Assembly (NCBI GenBank): GCA_009602735.1
Contig: WELA01001098.1
Coordinates: 151,345 to 215,344, forward strand
DNA length: 64,000 nucleotides
Reading direction: 5' to 3'
DNA from: Mesotaenium endlicherianum
Lineage: Eukaryota
A model generated the notes under the pieces. It was given only the letters and a program-made list of their open reading frames with translations, ran no database searches and was not told the origin of the DNA. How positions within the stretch are numbered: position 1 is the stretch's first letter; every line of letters starts with the position of its first letter. Positions 61,701-64,000 of the stretch are shown here, piece after piece. The position numbers were made by a program, and so were the translations under genes.

Positions 61701-63569
61701 AGGGTACGTCACGCCCGATTGTGACGCGCCACCACCGCTGCACACGCTCTTGCATGCTACCACGCACGCACGCATGCACGCGCTCCTGCTCGCTCGCTCG
61801 CTCGCTCTTGTGCACGCACGCTCGCTTGCTCACACGCAGGCACGCACGGTTGCTTGCTCGCCTGCTCGCTCGCAAGCCTTGGACACGCGCACGCACGTAT
61901 TCACGCACGCATGCACGCATGTGCCATTGCACACACCACTGCTTTTCAGACACGCACTTAGCATGTGTGCGCTGACATCGCATATACGCACCATCATTGC
62001 AGTGCATCTATTTGGGGGGGGATTGGGAGCTAGCTGCGTGGATGTGGGACACCAACGTATGCATGTACTCTGGGGCGGGAAGATGTATATTTTATATTCT
62101 AAAGGCTGTTTTGGGCGTGCGCTCACGCCGCGCTAGTGCCGCTCTCTTGCCAGTCTAGCCTTAACCTCTGTGCCAAAGAGGGACGGCGTTTTTTATCAAA
62201 GCAGCAGCAGTCTTGCTTGCTCCATCCAACTCTGGGGGCGCACTTGGTGCGCACGAGCGTGCATGCGTGTGCGCGAGCGCGGGCGTGTGTCAGTGTGTGT
62301 GTGTGCAATGGTGGGTGCGTAGCGTGAGTGTGAGCGCATGTGTGTATGTGTGTGTGTCCTCATGTGCGCATGCGCAAGCGCCCGCCTGCGTGCGTGCTCA
62401 TGCGTCTCTCTGCTCATTCGTGCGTGAGCGTGTGCGTAAATGTGCGCGTGTGCGTGCGCGCTCTTGCGCTTGTGCTCATGCGTGCGTGCCTCTGTGCCTA
62501 AGCATGCATGCGTGCGTGAGCATGTGTGCGCACAGCCTCCAAGATCGACGGCAAGCCCATTGTGGACCTGCCCGAGCGCATCGTGGAGCTCCAGGTGGCG
62601 GAGTTCAGCGAGGAGGAGCGCGCCTTCTACTCGTCCCTCGAGGCCGCCTCCAAGAAGCAGTTCCAGGTTCGCCCCTCAAGTCTTAATCCCTAGACCGTAA
62701 AAGCACCGGCCTTAAACCCTATTCATGAAAGCCCACGTTCATACTTGAAAGCCCGTACTTGAAACCCTAGACCACGTTTTTGACCTAAGCGACTGCGCGC
62801 GCCTCTGGCTCTCTGACCTGAGTGGCAAGTCCGCTTCTCTCCCTGTGTCTCCTACTCGAGGTCACTCGAGGGTGAGATTGCATCTCTGCAAAAACCCGCC
62901 TGCAAGAAGCAGTTCCAGGTCCAGTTCAAGCACTGACATTAACCCCCGACCCTTGATCCTCTGGCACAAGGGCGCGCGCGGCAGAAACTGTGGAAAATCA
63001 TGGGTAATGTGCTAACTATGCCAACTATTGAAAGCAAGTAGTATATATCCACGTCTGTATATGCATGTATAGATGCATATATATAGGACTGTGTATGTAC
63101 ACACATACATTTACATATGTATGTCTATGTATATGTGTACATATCTACACATATATATGTACATATATGTATGTAGATACGTATGTATATTTATGTACAT
63201 ATGTGTATATATGTATATATTGTGGAATAGCCTACTTGGCTTCGACCGTGAGCCCCAACAAGCCTTTCCGGTGCACGGCATTCCGTGTGTGTGTGTGTTG
63301 CGCGCGTGCGCACGTGGGCGCAGACGTACGCGGCAGCGGGCACGCTGCAGAGCAACTACGTGAACATCCTCTACATGCTGCTGCGCCTGAGGCAGGCGTG
63401 CAACCACCCCCACCTGGTCAAGGACAAGGAGGGGGAGGGCGGCGCCGCCGCCACCGAGCACGCGGCTGAGCTGGCGGCCATGGAGGCCGCGCGGGGGCTG
63501 CCACGTGTCAAGGCGACGCAGCTCCTGGCCGTCGTGGAGGGCCACTCTGCCATGTGTCCCCTGTGCATG
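54927..63569 (+). CDS. SNF2-RING helicase (Rad5/16-like, Ris1 group; FRG/CHR27-CHR28-like), continuing beyond the window. Exons 54927-57020, 57854-57931, 58294-58365, 58943-60712, 61469-61703, 62536-62666, 63324-63569
   Basis: [14 protein letters not shown]...[64 protein letters not shown] and RING start CPLC. Splice phases are consistent; the start codon and first exon are less certain. Confidence 0.9.
58400..58780. repeat. Intronic (CA)n-rich microsatellite
   Basis: Direct reading. Confidence 0.9.
60735..61062. repeat. Intronic (CCTCTG)n repeat
   Basis: Direct reading. Confidence 0.85.
63040..63222. repeat. Intronic (TA/TATG)n microsatellite
   Basis: Direct reading. Confidence 0.85.
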
Positions 63570-64000
63570 GTGAGGGGGGCTGTTTGCTCTCCTGGGGATG
63601 GGTTGGAGCTGCCTTCAACTCTCTTGTTTTCTCTCTCTCTCTCTGTATCGCTTTATAAGTGTCCCTCTGTCTTTCTCTTTTACGTCTCCCCCTCCTCCCT
63701 CTCTTGGTCTCTCTCCCTTCTGTCATTGTTCTTGTCCCTCTCTCCACACCTCTCCCTCTGTCTCCCCCTCTCCCTCATTCTCTTCGTCCCTTCCTCTCTC
63801 TTTGTCCATGCTCTCTCCCTCTATTGTTTTTTCCTGCCTCTGCCTCTCATTGTCCCCCTCTCCCTGCCTCCCTCTGTCCCTCTGTCCGTGTTTGGGAGCC
63901 CCTCCACTCCAGGGTGCCTCCATTGCTGCAACTTTGACTACGCCTTTGGCAAGGCCAGCCGGCTGACGTGGGCAAGTGGAGGCTATGTTCTAATTCTTGA

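Overview
Eukaryotic genomic DNA. The GC-rich spliced exons, microsatellite-rich introns, plant-type receptor kinase and tRNA-iMet-primed chromoviruses suggest a streptophyte green alga (inference). Bases 1-41.6 kb are a deeply nested cluster of three Ty3/gypsy LTR-retrotransposon families. Family A (1-10480, minus strand, decayed) carries a DNMT3-like C5 cytosine methyltransferase inside its polyprotein, between protease and reverse transcriptase. Family B is a chromovirus with 720-bp LTRs and a large unknown extra ORF between pol and the 3' LTR. It occurs as one near-intact copy (16826-25753) nested in a decayed copy (13368-~32195), which is itself nested in a third copy, plus solo LTRs. Family C is a chromovirus with ~500-bp LTRs, present as an intact copy at 34944-41618 plus solo and partial LTRs. 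A ~955-bp Mutator-like TIR element follows. Two host genes close the window on the plus strand: a receptor-like kinase with a very short ectodomain (44511-51355) and a SNF2-RING helicase of the FRG/CHR27-28 type (54927 to beyond the window end). Three single-N junctions flanked by duplications look like assembly artefacts. All alignments and identities were judged by eye; no database searches were run.
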